Program-made: the position numbers and the translations under genes
Notes under the pieces: model-generated
What the model was told of the DNA's origin: nothing
The model's input: the letters and a program-made list of their open reading frames with translations, nothing else
Databases searched by the model: none
Shown: positions 62,576-64,000 of the stretch, in pieces
Layout: each line of letters starts with the position of its first letter
Numbering within the stretch: position 1 is the stretch's first letter
From: Amphiscolops sp. MND2022
Taxonomy: Eukaryota
DNA length: 64,000 bases
Assembly: GCA_964187785.1 (NCBI GenBank)
Contig: OZ076409.1
Location: 55,430,001-55,494,000, forward strand
Reading direction: 5' to 3'

Positions 62576-63263
62576 ATGAGCGGATATTCGTTGGTGATTG
62601 ACATCTCCTCTGATGAAGAAGAAAGGCGACAAAGCACCACTATCAAAGCACTGCCGCTAAATATGGTCAGGGCGCTTAATATAAGCGATTCCTCAGTTGA
62701 AGTGTTGAGGGGAAGCGATGCGGATATGAACTCTGCGTCCGAAACCGAATGAAGACTGGAGTCAGCCCTGAAAAGAACAAAAAGAGAAACGGAAAGGTTA
62801 CGTTTAACCTACCTCCCGCAGTAAAAGACTTGAAGACAGACTCAGATACGGATGAAAACTACGAAGAGCCGGACACCCCACGGAAACAGTCCCCCCAAAG
62901 CCTTCATTTGTGAAAGACGTCTTCCCCATACACAAAACTGCAAAAGATTACCTGAACAACCTAGAAAGGCCTACAGCAGACAAACTAGCGGCAATGTACA
63001 GCTCAGACGACGAGAAGGACGTATACATGTCTGTTGGACGCGGACGTGGCCCGCATATCCTAAGAAACTACTCCGGTCGGCCTGCAGTGAGAGTAACAAA
63101 GGAGATCCCCCACTGCCACGGACTACCTACGTGCCTAGCAACAAGAGGGGCCCTGTCAGGACCCGCTCCCGGTTGTAATTTCACCTGCTGTTCTGGGATA
63201 CCCGGGTACGGAAGGGGACGAGCAACGGCTTTTGCAAGTATTACTAAACTAGTTAAATTTTAA
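62576..63263 (+). pseudogene. Small sense accessory ORF running into the 3' LTR
   Basis: MSGYSLVIDISSDEEERR...; broken by a stop and frameshifts; last piece is ORF 62910-63263. Confidence 0.55.
63140..63150 (+). promoter_or_regulatory. Polypurine tract
   Basis: AACAAGAGGGG, 3 nt before the 3' LTR. Confidence 0.7.
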
Positions 63264-64000
63264 CTCAATCAAATGTTTCACTTACAGTACAGCTGAATTA
63301 TCTGTACATATGTTTCCAAATCAAAATTTAACGCAAGCGTCACGGAATATTTTCAGAAATGATTTAGGACTAGCCAAATATTCCGGTTTAATGTTTTCAC
63401 GCGTAACGCTACTTTCATTTCCGGAATCGTCTTCTGAATTTTGTCATACTAATCTAAATATTAAATCAGAAACATTTTCTAATTGGGATCATTCTTCTTC
63501 TGTTCCACAACAAAATGAAAACATCAAAAAGTTATATTTAACTCCGAGATCCCAACGGAGTGCATACGATCTAAAATGAAAAACATACAGAACATAGGGG
63601 AGTTATTTCTCCAGTATTTGAGTAGTTGTCAATATTCACTTAAAGCCTCAGTCGATTGATTTTAAGCAAATGTTTACAACGTTATGACAGCGTCACTCAA
63701 CTGAGCTAATACTAGATGTTTATATTTTTACGGACCAATAGCGTCAATCCTCAACTGAACTTGCGCCGATAGAATTAAGCTCGGTTGCCCCTAGTAACGC
63801 CAATTAGCTAAGAGAAAGAGAATGAATTCGCCTACGCGCTCCGCTTTCCTCTTCGCCGCTCAGCTATAACTAATCCTAATACGTACGGAGCGGCTACGGA
63901 GCGGATTGTAAGGTTGTATTTCGCTGGTTAGCTATAACTAATCTTAATACGTACGGAGCGGTTACGGAGCGGATTGTAAAACTGTAGATATGAAGTAATG
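63154..64000 (+). repeat. 3' LTR (truncated by the window end)
   Basis: Starts TGTCAGGACCCGCTCCCGG and is colinear with 44328-45090; carries ~80 bp (about 63300-63380) absent from the 5' LTR. Confidence 0.95.

Larger units (their letters stand above)
44328..64000 (+). mobile_element. Large defective Ty3/Gypsy LTR retrotransposon (3' LTR runs past the window end)
   Basis: 5' LTR, PBS, gag, PR-RT-RH-IN order, ~5 kb extra region, PPT, 3' LTR. Confidence 0.95.

Overview
AT-rich, intron-containing animal genomic DNA. The lectin/EGF gene content suggests an invertebrate, but the taxon cannot be determined from the window. The left half holds two divergent secreted-protein genes, which I spliced by hand with consistent intron phases. 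Gene A (minus strand, ATG 12790) is signal peptide, two atypical Kunitz domains, antistasin, EGF and two C-type lectin domains, and its 3' end was not found in the window. Gene B (plus strand) has two tandem alternative signal-peptide exons, then LDLa, F-type lectin and five EGF domains. Their introns and intergenic DNA are full of MITEs. From about 33.4 kb onward the window is a nest of LTR retrotransposons: a gag-pol-deleted element with PTAP and env-like remnants, a decayed BEL/Pao pol, and a >19.6 kb Gypsy element (44328 to beyond the window end). This Gypsy has a 2.2 kb LTR containing the start of gag and a rearranged BEL/Pao insertion in its protease. Most notably, between integrase and the 3' LTR it carries a 7-exon antisense gene resembling a catalytically dead hAT transposase, placed back-to-back with a small sense ORF bearing a SUMO-interacting-like motif. 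All domain calls are by-eye motif recognition; no searches were run.
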